DNA of 64,000 bases from a candidate division WOR-1 bacterium RIFOXYB2_FULL_46_45 (GCA_001771585.1 MEUE01000001.1:476744-540743); one strand, 5' to 3'. Numbered from the stretch's first letter, positions 23,783 to 33,868 are shown. Notes: generated by a model not told the origin, from the sequence alone. A program made the numbers and translations.

Positions 23783-24200
23783 ATTTATCTCGCGTTTTTC
23801 TATCCGCAAGCGCGGATAAAAAACAAAACCCCAAAAAACAACATTCCTCCCCCTTCTACTCCTGTTTTTTGTAAAACCGGAAGAACGGAGAAGTCAACAA
23901 TATTTCTTTTGGAAAAATATTGAGATGTTACTAACTATTATATAATGGGAGCACAATTGTTGTCAAGGGGGGATTTTGGGATTAAAAAGAAAAGGCTCGA
24001 ATTCTTATCACGAATCAATAATCCCGAATAAATGCGAATGAAATGGTCTCAAATGAGAGTCTCAAATCCTCAAATTTGATCTCGAAACTTGAAAGGGTTC
24101 GGAAATCGATTTGGGTATTCGAGTCATTAATTCGAGACCTTGCCCATTTGAATTGATTCGAGAGGTTGATTCGTGATAAAAATTAGAGACTATTTTCCCC

Positions 24201-25541
24201 TCAATTCCCCTTCCAAGTATTGTAGTAATAATTCAAGAGCGGAAGAAATTCGGTAGTGGCTTTGGTGTTGCCGGCTGTGCTGGGGTGGCTGTCGCCGCCG
24301 GTATGATAAGGAGAATTTCCGCCATAACTTGCGGAATACGAATGAACAACACTCCCCGCTTCAACCGTATGATGGGAATCGGTTTCGGAAAGCGTGCAAT
24401 AATAATCATACACCCCGACATTATTATGCGCATAGCCGGAAAGCCAGCCGCTGCTTGTATCCACCAGCCAATCATTCAGTTGTTTGGTTAATACATAAGA
24501 AGAAGTGGAGACCGGAGCCGGCGGAATTATTAAAATAAAAAGCTTGTCGGTATGCGCGGCAAAATAAGTTAGTAAACCGTTATAGATCGCCTGCTCGTCG
24601 GCAATACTTCCCCCGACTTCGCTGTTTGGATAACAGGACTTAAAGATTACCACTTCATTGTCTCCGGAAGCCCGGGCGATTGAGTTTGAGTAAGAACTAT
24701 CCCCATAATAGGCGACTGAAGTGTTCGCGTAAACATAAGGCATTTTTGCGTCAACAAACCAGCTGGGCCAATTCACCGTATCGGTTCCATCCCCCAAGTT
24801 GTCTCCGGCCTGCGCATCCCATCCATAATCGGTATCGGTTACATAATAATTATTATTATTTAGCGCTTGAGCCAATGCCCCCGGAAAATCCCCGGTTGCG
24901 GAGCTGGTCCTTAGCCAATTCCTGCCGGATGAATGATGGATAAAAACAAGATTTACGGTTGAACTTGGCTTGGTAGTATTTACCGATGAAGAAGCCGCTG
25001 CCCTGGTGACCGTTATCGTATAAGTTTTTGTGTTGCTCCCGTCGCTCACAATAATCGATACCGCCTTTGCCACTCCCGCAGTTAAAGAAACTCCTCCCGA
25101 TGCGACACCGGAAGCAACAGTATTTCCATCAACTGTAATTGTTACCGAAGAACCGGCAGAAGCGGTTGGAGTAAAAGCAACACTGGCAACCGAATTCGCA
25201 ACGGCAACCGTATAATCCGTTGTTCCGCTGGAAAAAGATGGGCTTAATGTTCCCTCTGATATGCTTAGCGCAGAAAGATCCAGACTGACGGCCACCGGTT
25301 CCGGAGTTACAACTGGAGTCGGTTCAGGAGCTGGAGTTGGAGCGGTTGTTTCCGGCGTGGTAACCGGAGTAGTTTCCGGGGTAGTGACCGGCGCTGTAAC
25401 CGGAGTAGTCGTCGGTGCGGAAGCCGGATTCTCCGCTACCGGAGCGGTAGTCGAAGAAGGATTATTGACCGTTGAACAGGCGGACAAAAAGAAGACCGCC
25501 AGAGAAAGGAGTATGGTAATTAGGATCAGAAGCTTTCTCAT
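24201..25541 (-). CDS. lipoprotein with a Pro/Thr-rich linker, a cadherin-like beta-sandwich domain and an uncharacterised ~250-aa C-terminal domain
   Basis: Lipobox LSAC after the signal peptide. (TTPVT/TPEP)n linker. LSALSISEGTLSPSFSSGTTDYTV is cadherin-like. Confidence 0.6.
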   Translation of the reverse strand: MRKLLILITILLSLAVFFLSACSTVNNPSSTTAPVAENPASAPTTTPVTAPVTTPETTPVTTPETTAPTPAPEPTPVVTPEPVAVSLDLSALSISEGTLSPSFSSGTTDYTVAVANSVASVAFTPTASAGSSVTITVDGNTVASGVASGGVSLTAGVAKAVSIIVSDGSNTKTYTITVTRAAASSSVNTTKPSSTVNLVFIHHSSGRNWLRTSSATGDFPGALAQALNNNNYYVTDTDYGWDAQAGDNLGDGTDTVNWPSWFVDAKMPYVYANTSVAYYGDSSYSNSIARASGDNEVVIFKSCYPNSEVGGSIADEQAIYNGLLTYFAAHTDKLFILIIPPAPVSTSSYVLTKQLNDWLVDTSSGWLSGYAHNNVGVYDYYCTLSETDSHHTVEAGSVVHSYSASYGGNSPYHTGGDSHPSTAGNTKATTEFLPLLNYYYNTWKGN

Positions 25542-25590
25542 ACATATATTATATCGCGAAAAGAGGGAGAGAACTTGCGCCGACCAATTA

Positions 25591-26364
25591 TCAAACTCCT
25601 AAAAAAGCTTCCAACATTTCTTGATAAGTTTGAAACCTCTGCTCTCTGTCTCTCATTGTCATCTTGTATAACATATCATAAAAAGGGTTATTGGCAGCTG
25701 CCTTTGCCTCCCTAATTTTTTCCGCATCTTTAAATCTTATCTTTTTTGTCAGAACATCAATTATTTTCGTGTCATCAAACGCAATTTCTCCGGAAACCGC
25801 AAAGAAAAGTAAAAGCCCCAAAGAATATTGGTCGGACCTCCAGTCAAGTTCCAATCTTTTTATTTGCTCCGGAGAAACATATTCAGGACTACCTAAGACC
25901 CCTCCATCACTATTTTGAGCCAAGGCAATCCCAAAGTCAAAAACAACCGGACGATCACTATCCTCTTTTCTTAAAAAGATATTTTCCGGTTTTAGGTCGC
26001 GGTGAACAATTCCCGCGTCCCAAACATTTTTCAGACCACTGATAAGCCCAAGGCCAAGCCGAGCCGCCTCTTTTTCCAAAATAGGCCCTTTTTCCCATAT
26101 GATTGCACAAAGGTCTTTTCCTTCCAAATATTCCATAGTTAAAAACGGCAATTCCCCAAGTAGCGGACAAAAGTTAGCCGCCCCTTGAGAATACTCCTTA
26201 ACAACATTTTCATGAGGAGCAATCCTCCGCATTGCCTCAAATTCCAGATCAACTCCCCTTCCCACCTTTAGCGCCACAGGATCAGCTCCCGGTCTTTTTA
26301 ATTTATAAACCCAGGCCATCCCACCATTTCCAATTAATTCTAATTGCGCTCTGTTTATCGTCAT
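25591..26364 (-). CDS. Hanks-type Ser/Thr protein kinase (catalytic domain only)
   Basis: Gly-loop IGNGGMAWVY, ALKV lysine, HRDLKPENIFL, DFGIA, SPE. Confidence 0.8.
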   Translation of the reverse strand: MTINRAQLELIGNGGMAWVYKLKRPGADPVALKVGRGVDLEFEAMRRIAPHENVVKEYSQGAANFCPLLGELPFLTMEYLEGKDLCAIIWEKGPILEKEAARLGLGLISGLKNVWDAGIVHRDLKPENIFLRKEDSDRPVVFDFGIALAQNSDGGVLGSPEYVSPEQIKRLELDWRSDQYSLGLLLFFAVSGEIAFDDTKIIDVLTKKIRFKDAEKIREAKAAANNPFYDMLYKMTMRDREQRFQTYQEMLEAFLGV

Positions 26365-26490
26365 AATTATTCTTATTCTCCCTATACTTAAATATCGTAA
26401 AAATGGGACTAAAATTTCACTATTTCAAAAAATAGGTTACAGGATGATATTCGATCGAATTGGATCGGTTTGTGTTATAATTGTCCTACC

Positions 26491-27576
26491 ATGGAAATAA
26501 TTCTTGTCCTAATCTCGCTAATCACCCTGATCGCTTTAGGATTGGTTGTTTTCAAGCTCAACTCCCTCTCCCAAAAACCGAAAGAGGACAACTCGGCGCA
26601 ATTAATTGAAGGACTGCGCAGTCAGTTTGTGACTCAATTGGGACAGATCACCGAGCAGGTAACCAAACTCTATTCCGAAAACCAGAATATTTTGCAAAAA
26701 GTAAACACGGACTTTACCCAAACCATGCAAAACGTGGACAAAAACGTGAACGCGCGGCTGGATAACGCGGCCAAAGCGATCAAAGAGGTTCACGTAAAAC
26801 TAACAGAGGTCAATGAAGGCTCCAAACGAATGCAGGAGATCGGAAAAGACATTTCATCTCTTCAGGAAATATTGCGGGCGCCAAAAATCCGCGGAGGGAT
26901 GGGAGAACTGTTTTTATCGGACTTATTGAAGCAAGTCCTTCCCGCCTCACGCTACCAGCTGCAGTATTATTTCAAAAGCCGGGAAGCGGTTGATGCCGTA
27001 ATCGTTTTGAAAGAAGGGATGGTTCCGGTCGATTCCAAGTTCCCGCTGGAAAATTTTAAAAAGATCATGGGATCAGAAGACGAAGTCCAAAAGATCGCCG
27101 CGAAAAAACAGTTTATCAAAGATGTTAAAAAACATATCGATGCGATCTGCAACAAATATATTCTTCCCGACGAAGGAACGTTTGATTTTGCCCTGATGTA
27201 TATCCCGGCCGAAAACGTCTATTATGAGACCATCATAAAAGATGAAAATCTCGACGACGGAAAAAGCCTTTTTCAGTACGCAATTGAAAAAAGGGTCCTC
27301 CCGGTCTCCCCCAACTCCTTTTACGCCTACCTGCAAACTATTTTACTCGGACTGCGGGGGATGAAGATCGAAGCGCAGGCGCAGGATATTTTGAGAAATT
27401 TAGGAAGGCTGGCGGGAGATTTCAACAAAGTGCTGGAAGATTTTGGAAAGATCGGGACACATGTTAAAAATCTGAATGCCGCCTATGACAATGCCGACAA
27501 ACGCATAAGCCGCTTTGGCGATAAGCTGGAATCGCTGGAAGAGAAAGAAACCACCCCCTTGACCCTTGACTCCTGA
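26491..27576 (+). CDS. rmuC: DNA recombination protein RmuC
   Basis: N-terminal TM, then coiled coil, then IRGGMGELFLSDLL...DAVIVLKEGMVPVDSKFPLENF. Start moved to the ATG at 26491. Confidence 0.75.
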   Translation: MEIILVLISLITLIALGLVVFKLNSLSQKPKEDNSAQLIEGLRSQFVTQLGQITEQVTKLYSENQNILQKVNTDFTQTMQNVDKNVNARLDNAAKAIKEVHVKLTEVNEGSKRMQEIGKDISSLQEILRAPKIRGGMGELFLSDLLKQVLPASRYQLQYYFKSREAVDAVIVLKEGMVPVDSKFPLENFKKIMGSEDEVQKIAAKKQFIKDVKKHIDAICNKYILPDEGTFDFALMYIPAENVYYETIIKDENLDDGKSLFQYAIEKRVLPVSPNSFYAYLQTILLGLRGMKIEAQAQDILRNLGRLAGDFNKVLEDFGKIGTHVKNLNAAYDNADKRISRFGDKLESLEEKETTPLTLDS

Positions 27577-27587
27577 CCCGATATAAT
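27559..27587 (+). promoter_or_regulatory. sigma70-like promoter: TTGACC, 17-nt spacer, TATAAT; 10 nt upstream of the ATG at 27598
   Basis: The -35 is at 27559-27564 and the -10 at 27582-27587. It lies inside the 3' end of rmuC. Confidence 0.5.
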
Positions 27588-27597
27588 AATTCCTTCG

Positions 27598-27966
27598 ATG
27601 AAAACCTTAATCGCCTTGATTGGCGCCTATTCACTGATACTGGCTTCCAGCCAGGTTATTTTAAAGCTGGGAATAAATCATCTTGGCGCTTTGCGCTTCA
27701 AGACGCTTGGCGATATTTTTCCAATCGTATTGAGATCCCTGCAAAGTTTTCCGATCATGCTGGGGGTTTCCCTGATGGCGGTCTCTTTTCTGGTCTGGTT
27801 TTATATCCTTTCCCTGTTTAAGCTGAGCGTTGCTTTTCCGCTCTCTTCCATGACCTTTGTCGTCACCGTCTTTATGGCGGGAATCTGCCTGGGAGAACCG
27901 ATCACAGTTTATAATGTCATCGGAACCGTCATCATCTGCCTGGGGATCTTTGTTCTACTGCATTGA
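27598..27966 (+). CDS. small 4-TM membrane protein (DMT/EamA/SMR-like)
   Basis: 122 aa with four hydrophobic helices. Confidence 0.55.
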   Translation: MKTLIALIGAYSLILASSQVILKLGINHLGALRFKTLGDIFPIVLRSLQSFPIMLGVSLMAVSFLVWFYILSLFKLSVAFPLSSMTFVVTVFMAGICLGEPITVYNVIGTVIICLGIFVLLH

Positions 27967-30852
27967 CTCCGGACAAACCTCACGATACGCGCAATACTGG
28001 CAGTTAAACGAAGAAGGCGCGGCCTTATAATTATCGGAATTGATCCCATCGGCAACTCTTGTAATCTTCTCCCACGTCTTGCCAAGATCTTTTGAATCTT
28101 TTTCAACCGACCCGATCAGTCCGGTATCCAAAAAATAAAGTTCAACCCGATGCGGCAGATTGGAAAACATATGCTGCCAGGCCAGGGCATAAATTGAAAG
28201 CTGTAAATTCTCTTTCGCCTTTTTGTCGGCCTTCTCCTGCGTCCTGACATCGGAGGACTTAAAATCAATGATAAAAACTTTGCCATCCCTCTTATCCACC
28301 CGGTCAAACCGCCCCTTGACCCTGACCCCCTCCCTTACAATCGTGAACGGCTCTTCGACAAAATGGGGGACAAAGCCGAGTTTCTCCTGGCTGTTATAAA
28401 ATTTTTTCAGGGCCGTTTTCCCGGTCTCAAGCCGGAGCTCCTCGTGTTCGCGGGAGATAAAACCCTCCGACGACCAGTTGTCCAAAAAGGCCCGTTCCAG
28501 CTCTTTGGCCGAAAACTTTTGGCCGTTCTTCTTGGCGATATGATAAACCTGCACCGCCTTGTGCAGAGCCGAGCCGTAGATGATCTGGTGGTTTGGAAGA
28601 AGCGGAATTTTTACGATATGGACATATTTATATTTTAGAGGACAGGTGAGATAATCATCAATCTGGCGAAAACTTAAATTGAGGACCCCCTCTTTTTTAT
28701 TTGTTTTTGAAACGACCTTTTCCCGCGGTGCAAAAAGCTCGATCTGCTCAACCGCTGAACGCTTCAATGTTTCGACATCGGCCCGCGGCTGGTCGAGCGC
28801 TTCCAAAACAAAAGGAGAAACCTTGCTGATCCTTTTTCCTCCGTAATCCAAAGATGAAGTCAGATACAATTCGGACTTCGCGCGGGTCATGGCGACATAA
28901 AAGAGCCGCCGCTCTTCCTGGATGTGAAAATCTCCCGAGGGCAGAATATCTTTGATCAGCTCCTCCGGCAATTCGATCGGATCTTTGCGGTTTCGGACCG
29001 GAAATTTTTCGTTGACACAGCAGGTGATAAAAACGACCGGAAATTCGAGCCCCTTGGCTTTGTGGACAGTCAAAATACTGACCGCCTCCTGATCAAAATC
29101 GGGCTGTGCCGAAGCGGGATCGTCACCGGCCTCTTTTAAGATATTGATATATTTGACAAATTCCGCCACTCGGTCGACCTCCGCCACCTCCTGGAATTCA
29201 CGCACCTTGCCAAAAAATTCGGCGATATTTTTCAGCTCCTGCTCCGATTTTTCATTATGCTCACCGGTTAATTTCTTTAGATAACCGCTCTTTTTAAAAA
29301 ACAGGTAGAGAACTTCGCCGGTTGAATGGTCTTTGGCGTAATCGATATATTCGGCAATCGAAGCCATGATATTTTTGACTTTTTCCCTGGTATCCGCGCC
29401 GATGTCGGAGAGGACCTGATACTCGGCCTCCGGCGAATCAAGGTGGGTAAAGACATGGTGCAGGGTATAATTCCGGCGGTTGGCAAAAGTGTTCAGTTTT
29501 TGGAGGTCAAGAGCGTTTAATTCAAACAAGGGCGAACAAGCCAAATAATAGAGGCTGGGGCTGTCGGAGAGGTCGCCGATTACTCTCAAGAACGAGACCG
29601 CCATCTTGACCTCGGGGAGCGAATAGAGCCCTCCACCGCCGGCTGAAAGGTGCGAAAGTCCGAGCATGTTGAGCGACTGCTTAAACGGTTCGGCATTGGC
29701 GTTGGAGCGGGTTAATATGGCAAAGTCCGAAAGCTTATACTCTCCCGCTTCGACTTTTGTTTTGATCGTTTGAGCGATCCAATCGGCTTCGGAATAGACA
29801 TTGTCGAAGTTTCTATGTTCCAAATGGGTCTTTTGCGGCGGATTTTCGGCCTGTAGCTTCTTATTGATTTTGCTTCTTATTTCCAACCTATCCGGATTGT
29901 TGTGTTGGATTAATTTATAAGCAGCGTCAAGAATAATTTGACTTGAACGATAATTGCGAATCAAAACAACTTTTTTGGTGTTTTTAAAGACCTTTTCAAA
30001 ATTAAGGATATTTGAAATTGAGGCTCCGCGAAACTTGTAAATTGCCTGGTCATCGCAACCTACGACGGTGATATTTTTATGTTTTTTTGCCAGAAGCTTG
30101 AGCAGTTCAAATTGGGCGTAGTTGGTATCCTGGAATTCGTCAACCAGGATATATTTATATTTATTTTGATATTCTTTCAAAATCTTCGGGTGTTCGCGGA
30201 AGAGCTTGAGTGTCAAATTAACCTGGTCCCCAAAATCCAAAAAGTCCTTCTTATATTTCAGCTCCTGATACTTTTGATATACTTTTGCAATTTCTTTTTG
30301 TTTTTCCTTCTCCTCCGCCTTACCTGCGCCTGTGCCTGCGCCTACGCCTTTCTCCAGCCATTCCTCCGGAGTAACATCCTCATCTTTCGCACGCGAAATA
30401 ACTCTAAGCAGTGCCTCGACATGCTTAATCGGGTCACCAAGGGAAATATAGTGCTTGAGCGGGAATTGGAAGATGTGGTCGCGGAAAAAGACCGCCTGCT
30501 CGGCAGAAGACAAGACCCGGTAATCGGGGCGCAAACCGAGATCGAGAGCGTGGTCGCGCAGGACCCGGTCGCCGAAAGCATGAAAGGTAGAAATTGAAAC
30601 GTCGATATAGCCGTAGGGGACCAGTTGGTCAACGCGGGTCTCCATCTCGTCGGCCGCTTTGTCGGTAAAAGTGAGAGCCAGAATTTCTCCCGGCTTGGCT
30701 CTTTTGGAAGAGATGAGATAGGCGATTCTTCTGGTTATAACGGTTGTTTTTCCGGTTCCGGCACCGGCAATAATTAAAAGCGGCCCTTTATCGTGAACGA
30801 CCGCCTCTTTTTGTTCGGGATCCAAATCGCGCATGAAGCCATTATATTTCAT
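27955..30852 (-). CDS. UvrD/PcrA-like SF1 helicase fused to a C-terminal PD-(D/E)xK (RecB/Cas4-like) nuclease with a Cys cluster
   Basis: Walker A AGAGTGKT, then the UvrD motifs. The C-terminus has YLTCPLKY...FIIDFKSS...CQYCAYREVCPE. Confidence 0.8.
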   Translation of the reverse strand: MKYNGFMRDLDPEQKEAVVHDKGPLLIIAGAGTGKTTVITRRIAYLISSKRAKPGEILALTFTDKAADEMETRVDQLVPYGYIDVSISTFHAFGDRVLRDHALDLGLRPDYRVLSSAEQAVFFRDHIFQFPLKHYISLGDPIKHVEALLRVISRAKDEDVTPEEWLEKGVGAGTGAGKAEEKEKQKEIAKVYQKYQELKYKKDFLDFGDQVNLTLKLFREHPKILKEYQNKYKYILVDEFQDTNYAQFELLKLLAKKHKNITVVGCDDQAIYKFRGASISNILNFEKVFKNTKKVVLIRNYRSSQIILDAAYKLIQHNNPDRLEIRSKINKKLQAENPPQKTHLEHRNFDNVYSEADWIAQTIKTKVEAGEYKLSDFAILTRSNANAEPFKQSLNMLGLSHLSAGGGGLYSLPEVKMAVSFLRVIGDLSDSPSLYYLACSPLFELNALDLQKLNTFANRRNYTLHHVFTHLDSPEAEYQVLSDIGADTREKVKNIMASIAEYIDYAKDHSTGEVLYLFFKKSGYLKKLTGEHNEKSEQELKNIAEFFGKVREFQEVAEVDRVAEFVKYINILKEAGDDPASAQPDFDQEAVSILTVHKAKGLEFPVVFITCCVNEKFPVRNRKDPIELPEELIKDILPSGDFHIQEERRLFYVAMTRAKSELYLTSSLDYGGKRISKVSPFVLEALDQPRADVETLKRSAVEQIELFAPREKVVSKTNKKEGVLNLSFRQIDDYLTCPLKYKYVHIVKIPLLPNHQIIYGSALHKAVQVYHIAKKNGQKFSAKELERAFLDNWSSEGFISREHEELRLETGKTALKKFYNSQEKLGFVPHFVEEPFTIVREGVRVKGRFDRVDKRDGKVFIIDFKSSDVRTQEKADKKAKENLQLSIYALAWQHMFSNLPHRVELYFLDTGLIGSVEKDSKDLGKTWEKITRVADGINSDNYKAAPSSFNCQYCAYREVCPESMQ

Positions 30853-31009
30853 TTAGAGTGAAATTTCGACCCGATTTTGACGATATACATATAGGAGGAG
30901 ATCAGGATATCAGAATACCAGATTATCAGAGAATCAGAATATCCGGGATTCAAAAAACGACGCAAGTTTCGATGAGGATGAACCGATAATATAAACGGAG
31001 GCGATTAAA

Positions 31010-32053
31010 ATGAGTGAAAAAATACCTGCTTTTGGAGATTTGCATCTAACTTCAAGACAACCGTTAAGTAAAGACGCGAGTGGAATTATCCCCTATGAAA
31101 AGGGGCCCGCTCAACCCGCTCACATAGAAGACGCGCAAAGAACGATGGCCAGAGCTCAAGAACTGCTAAAATCCGATGATCTTTCTTTTGAAAAGAAGGA
31201 AAAACTTGAGGCAGCAATCGATGATCTTGATCTGGCCGTAAAATATGACGCCGACGACGAATTTGAGGTGGGCAATAAAGCACGGGCAGTAAGAACTTTG
31301 ATGAGGGCAATGTCCGGAGAAAAAGACCTTAAAGAAGCCAAGGCGGAAAAGGCCTCAAAAAGAACTCTGACTAAAGCCAAAAGGCTCGTTACCCGTTATG
31401 AAAAAGCCATTAAAAAAGACGACTCAAGCATCCCTTCCGATGTCCATATCAAAATGACAGCATTAAAAACAGCCTTAAGGGAAGGGAAGGAAAACGAACT
31501 AAAAAGCGCTACTGCAAACTATGTTGATTCGGTAAAGCTTGCCAAGGCGTGGAGAGGCGTAAAATCAGGACCGGTTCTTGCCACAGCGCCAAAAACAAAA
31601 GGATCGAATACCGGGGAAATTGCCGATATTGGTTCGCTGGCAAGCCGGGTAAAATCACCGGAAGAAGTGTCAACTGTTTTCAAAAAATCCGAAATATTTA
31701 CTTCCTCCAAAAAAGAAATTCCCAAAGAAATTACACTTGGACAGGTAAAGATTCTTATGCCTACTCCGCTGGAAGAGGCCGAAGCGCTTCCGGAAAAAAT
31801 CCAGGAAGTATTGAATAATCTGGCCCCGAAATTAAGTTCAAAACTTGGGGATAAGGCCTACGGCAAAATAACCTTGCGAATCGATATTTCTAAAAGCGGT
31901 GAGGCGCGGGTTTCCGTGTCAAATGTTCAGGAAGCGGGCGGAACGGCAAGGGATATTACCGCCGCGCTAATCGCAATAAATCTTGAGAAAAGCATTAAAT
32001 TTGTTCCAAGAAAAGAACCTTCTATAATTGAATTTGACGTTGAATTAAGGTAG
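31010..32053 (+). CDS. hypothetical protein (K/E-rich, no recognisable domain)
   Basis: GGAGG RBS 8 nt upstream. 347-aa ORF. Confidence 0.55.
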   Translation: MSEKIPAFGDLHLTSRQPLSKDASGIIPYEKGPAQPAHIEDAQRTMARAQELLKSDDLSFEKKEKLEAAIDDLDLAVKYDADDEFEVGNKARAVRTLMRAMSGEKDLKEAKAEKASKRTLTKAKRLVTRYEKAIKKDDSSIPSDVHIKMTALKTALREGKENELKSATANYVDSVKLAKAWRGVKSGPVLATAPKTKGSNTGEIADIGSLASRVKSPEEVSTVFKKSEIFTSSKKEIPKEITLGQVKILMPTPLEEAEALPEKIQEVLNNLAPKLSSKLGDKAYGKITLRIDISKSGEARVSVSNVQEAGGTARDITAALIAINLEKSIKFVPRKEPSIIEFDVELR

Positions 32054-33109
32054 CGGCTGGTAAGTATGGATAAGGATTCCCGGGGAGGGGATCCTTGACT
32101 GTTCCTGCTCTCTGCCTCTTGTGGCAAGATGGACAACCAGGTCTCCTTCCAAAAAATCGGGCCCCAACCTAAGTATAAAATTACGGTCCTCCCAACCCAG
32201 CTCTTTTACCGTTTTATCAAACAGCATGGTTGGCAAATGGCGGTCTCCATCTAAAATAACCACAAAAACCTTCGCGTCGGGATTAAAATACTTAATAAAC
32301 GCGGGCAATCTGCCCCTATGCATATGGGCAGATCCGTGCTCCACAACCACTACGTTTCTTTTTTTGTCGTTTACCTTCTGTTGTATGCTCATCGCAGCAT
32401 AAATTTCTCTCATCGTGTCAAAATAACCGTCCGGCAACCGACCGGCTTCGGCTTTTTCTTGTTCCGACATATTTGGCGCGATAACCCCATAACATTTTTT
32501 TCTCATAATAGGCGGTCGAAGGTTCATAAAATCTATTTCTTTTTGGGTGGTCAGCGTCGCGTCTTTCGACAACGAGTAGGCCGGCATGAAATTGTACCCC
32601 AATAAATAATAGTCCCATAACTCCTGGGCGCTAATCTCATCGTTGTTTTTGCTGTCGTCTTCAATCCCAAAGAGGGTCACTCCCTTTATTTTTTTTAAAA
32701 TTTCGTTAACCAAAAAAACTTGTCCCGGCAACCCATGCCCAGTACCTATCAGGAGAAAAATGTCTTGATTTTTAGGGGTGGAATCAATTTCTCTTTGGAT
32801 CGCGCCGACTATTCCTGAATTTCGGCGGGTTGCCCCGCGTTTAAGCCAGGTTATATTCGCGCTCGCCAGAAAATCCTTTAGCTCTGTCCCGTAAACCGGC
32901 AGCCTTTTGGAGTGAGGAGAAACTTTTTCTTGGACTTTTTTAAAAAACTCGTCAATTTCTTCTTTTTTGGTTAATGGTTTAGGGCGCTTCGGAGCGCAGG
33001 TTTCTTTCCCTTTACAATTTTTTTGCTCCTTCGGCCACATATAATAATCGACAGGATACCCTTGCGGCGGTTTCTGGCGGTAATAGCATTTTTCCATCCC
33101 TTCTCCCAT
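32045..33109 (-). CDS. Tiki/TraB/ChaN-superfamily-like protein, paralog A, with an N-terminal Cys motif
   Basis: Motif order GTGH..IEDD..MREIY..EHGSAH..VVHL. N-terminal CYYR..CKGKETC. Paralogous to 33869..34900. Confidence 0.55.
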   Translation of the reverse strand: MGEGMEKCYYRQKPPQGYPVDYYMWPKEQKNCKGKETCAPKRPKPLTKKEEIDEFFKKVQEKVSPHSKRLPVYGTELKDFLASANITWLKRGATRRNSGIVGAIQREIDSTPKNQDIFLLIGTGHGLPGQVFLVNEILKKIKGVTLFGIEDDSKNNDEISAQELWDYYLLGYNFMPAYSLSKDATLTTQKEIDFMNLRPPIMRKKCYGVIAPNMSEQEKAEAGRLPDGYFDTMREIYAAMSIQQKVNDKKRNVVVVEHGSAHMHRGRLPAFIKYFNPDAKVFVVILDGDRHLPTMLFDKTVKELGWEDRNFILRLGPDFLEGDLVVHLATRGREQEQSRIPSPGILIHTYQPLP

Positions 33110-33242
33110 GTATTCTTATCCGCAATAAAAACAAAAAATTTCACGCAAGTTTCTGGTTAGATGATTCGATAATATAGATGGAAGACAAGAGCCCCTCGAC
33201 AAGCTCGGGGCCAAAGACACTTCCGTAAGAGGAGGAGACAAC

Positions 33243-33830
33243 ATGTCTGACTGTTTTAAAATCGGTAGTTATTCATTGTGCGGATTAAACCCCTTCCGTG
33301 ATTTATGGAGAAAAGAAGGGAACAAAAGCGTTAGAGTATCAGATGGCTTAACCACGGAACCATTAAAAGAAGCATCCCCTCAAAAATCAACAAAACCCAA
33401 TGCAACAATCGAAGACTCTTCTGATTGGAAAGACTTAGGCGCAGGAAGAAAAGAACACAAAACAATGGGATGGATAACCGAACCGTTGGGACCATACTCT
33501 GAACCATTAAAAGAATCCTCCCCCCAAAAATCAGCAAAACCCAATACAAAAGTCACTCCGCAAAAAGATGAATGGAGAACAGAAGGAAACAAACGCATAA
33601 GACTCTCTGACGGCTTGACCGTTGAGCCTCTGGAAGAAGAAGAAAAAACAAATACATATGATTTTAATTTTGAACCAGATGTGGTGGAATTATCTGAAAA
33701 ATCAACAAAACCCAATGCAACAATCGAAGACTCTTCCGATTGGAAAGACTTAGGCCAAGGAAAAAAACAACATAAAACAATGGGATGGATAACCGAACCG
33801 CTGGGACCATACTCTGAACCATTAAAATAA
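33243..33830 (+). CDS. small tandem-repeat protein (EGNKxxRxSDGLTxEPL / KPNATIEDSSDWKDLG..MGWITEPLGPYSEPLK repeats)
   Basis: AGGAGG RBS. A 105-aa period, seen as a 315-bp DNA period. Confidence 0.6.
   Translation: MSDCFKIGSYSLCGLNPFRDLWRKEGNKSVRVSDGLTTEPLKEASPQKSTKPNATIEDSSDWKDLGAGRKEHKTMGWITEPLGPYSEPLKESSPQKSAKPNTKVTPQKDEWRTEGNKRIRLSDGLTVEPLEEEEKTNTYDFNFEPDVVELSEKSTKPNATIEDSSDWKDLGQGKKQHKTMGWITEPLGPYSEPLK
33383..33830 (+). repeat. intragenic tandem duplication (two ~130-bp near-identical units, 315-bp period)
   Basis: 33383-33515 compared with 33698-33830 differ at only a few positions. Confidence 0.8.
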
Positions 33831-33868
33831 GTTATAGAATTTCCACAGAACAAAACCCTGGAAAGTTA

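Noticed and set aside
30290-30360. A short CCTGCGCC/TGTGCCTGCGCC periodicity that looks CRISPR-like.
   Set aside because: It encodes a Gly/Ala linker (GVGAGTGAG) inside the helicase-nuclease gene. There are no spacer-sized unique units and no other CRISPR-like array in the window.
33110-33242. A GCCCC/GGGGC hairpin in the divergent promoter upstream of the repeat-protein gene.
   Set aside because: The stem is only 5 bp with an 11-nt loop, which is too weak to call as a terminator or riboswitch.
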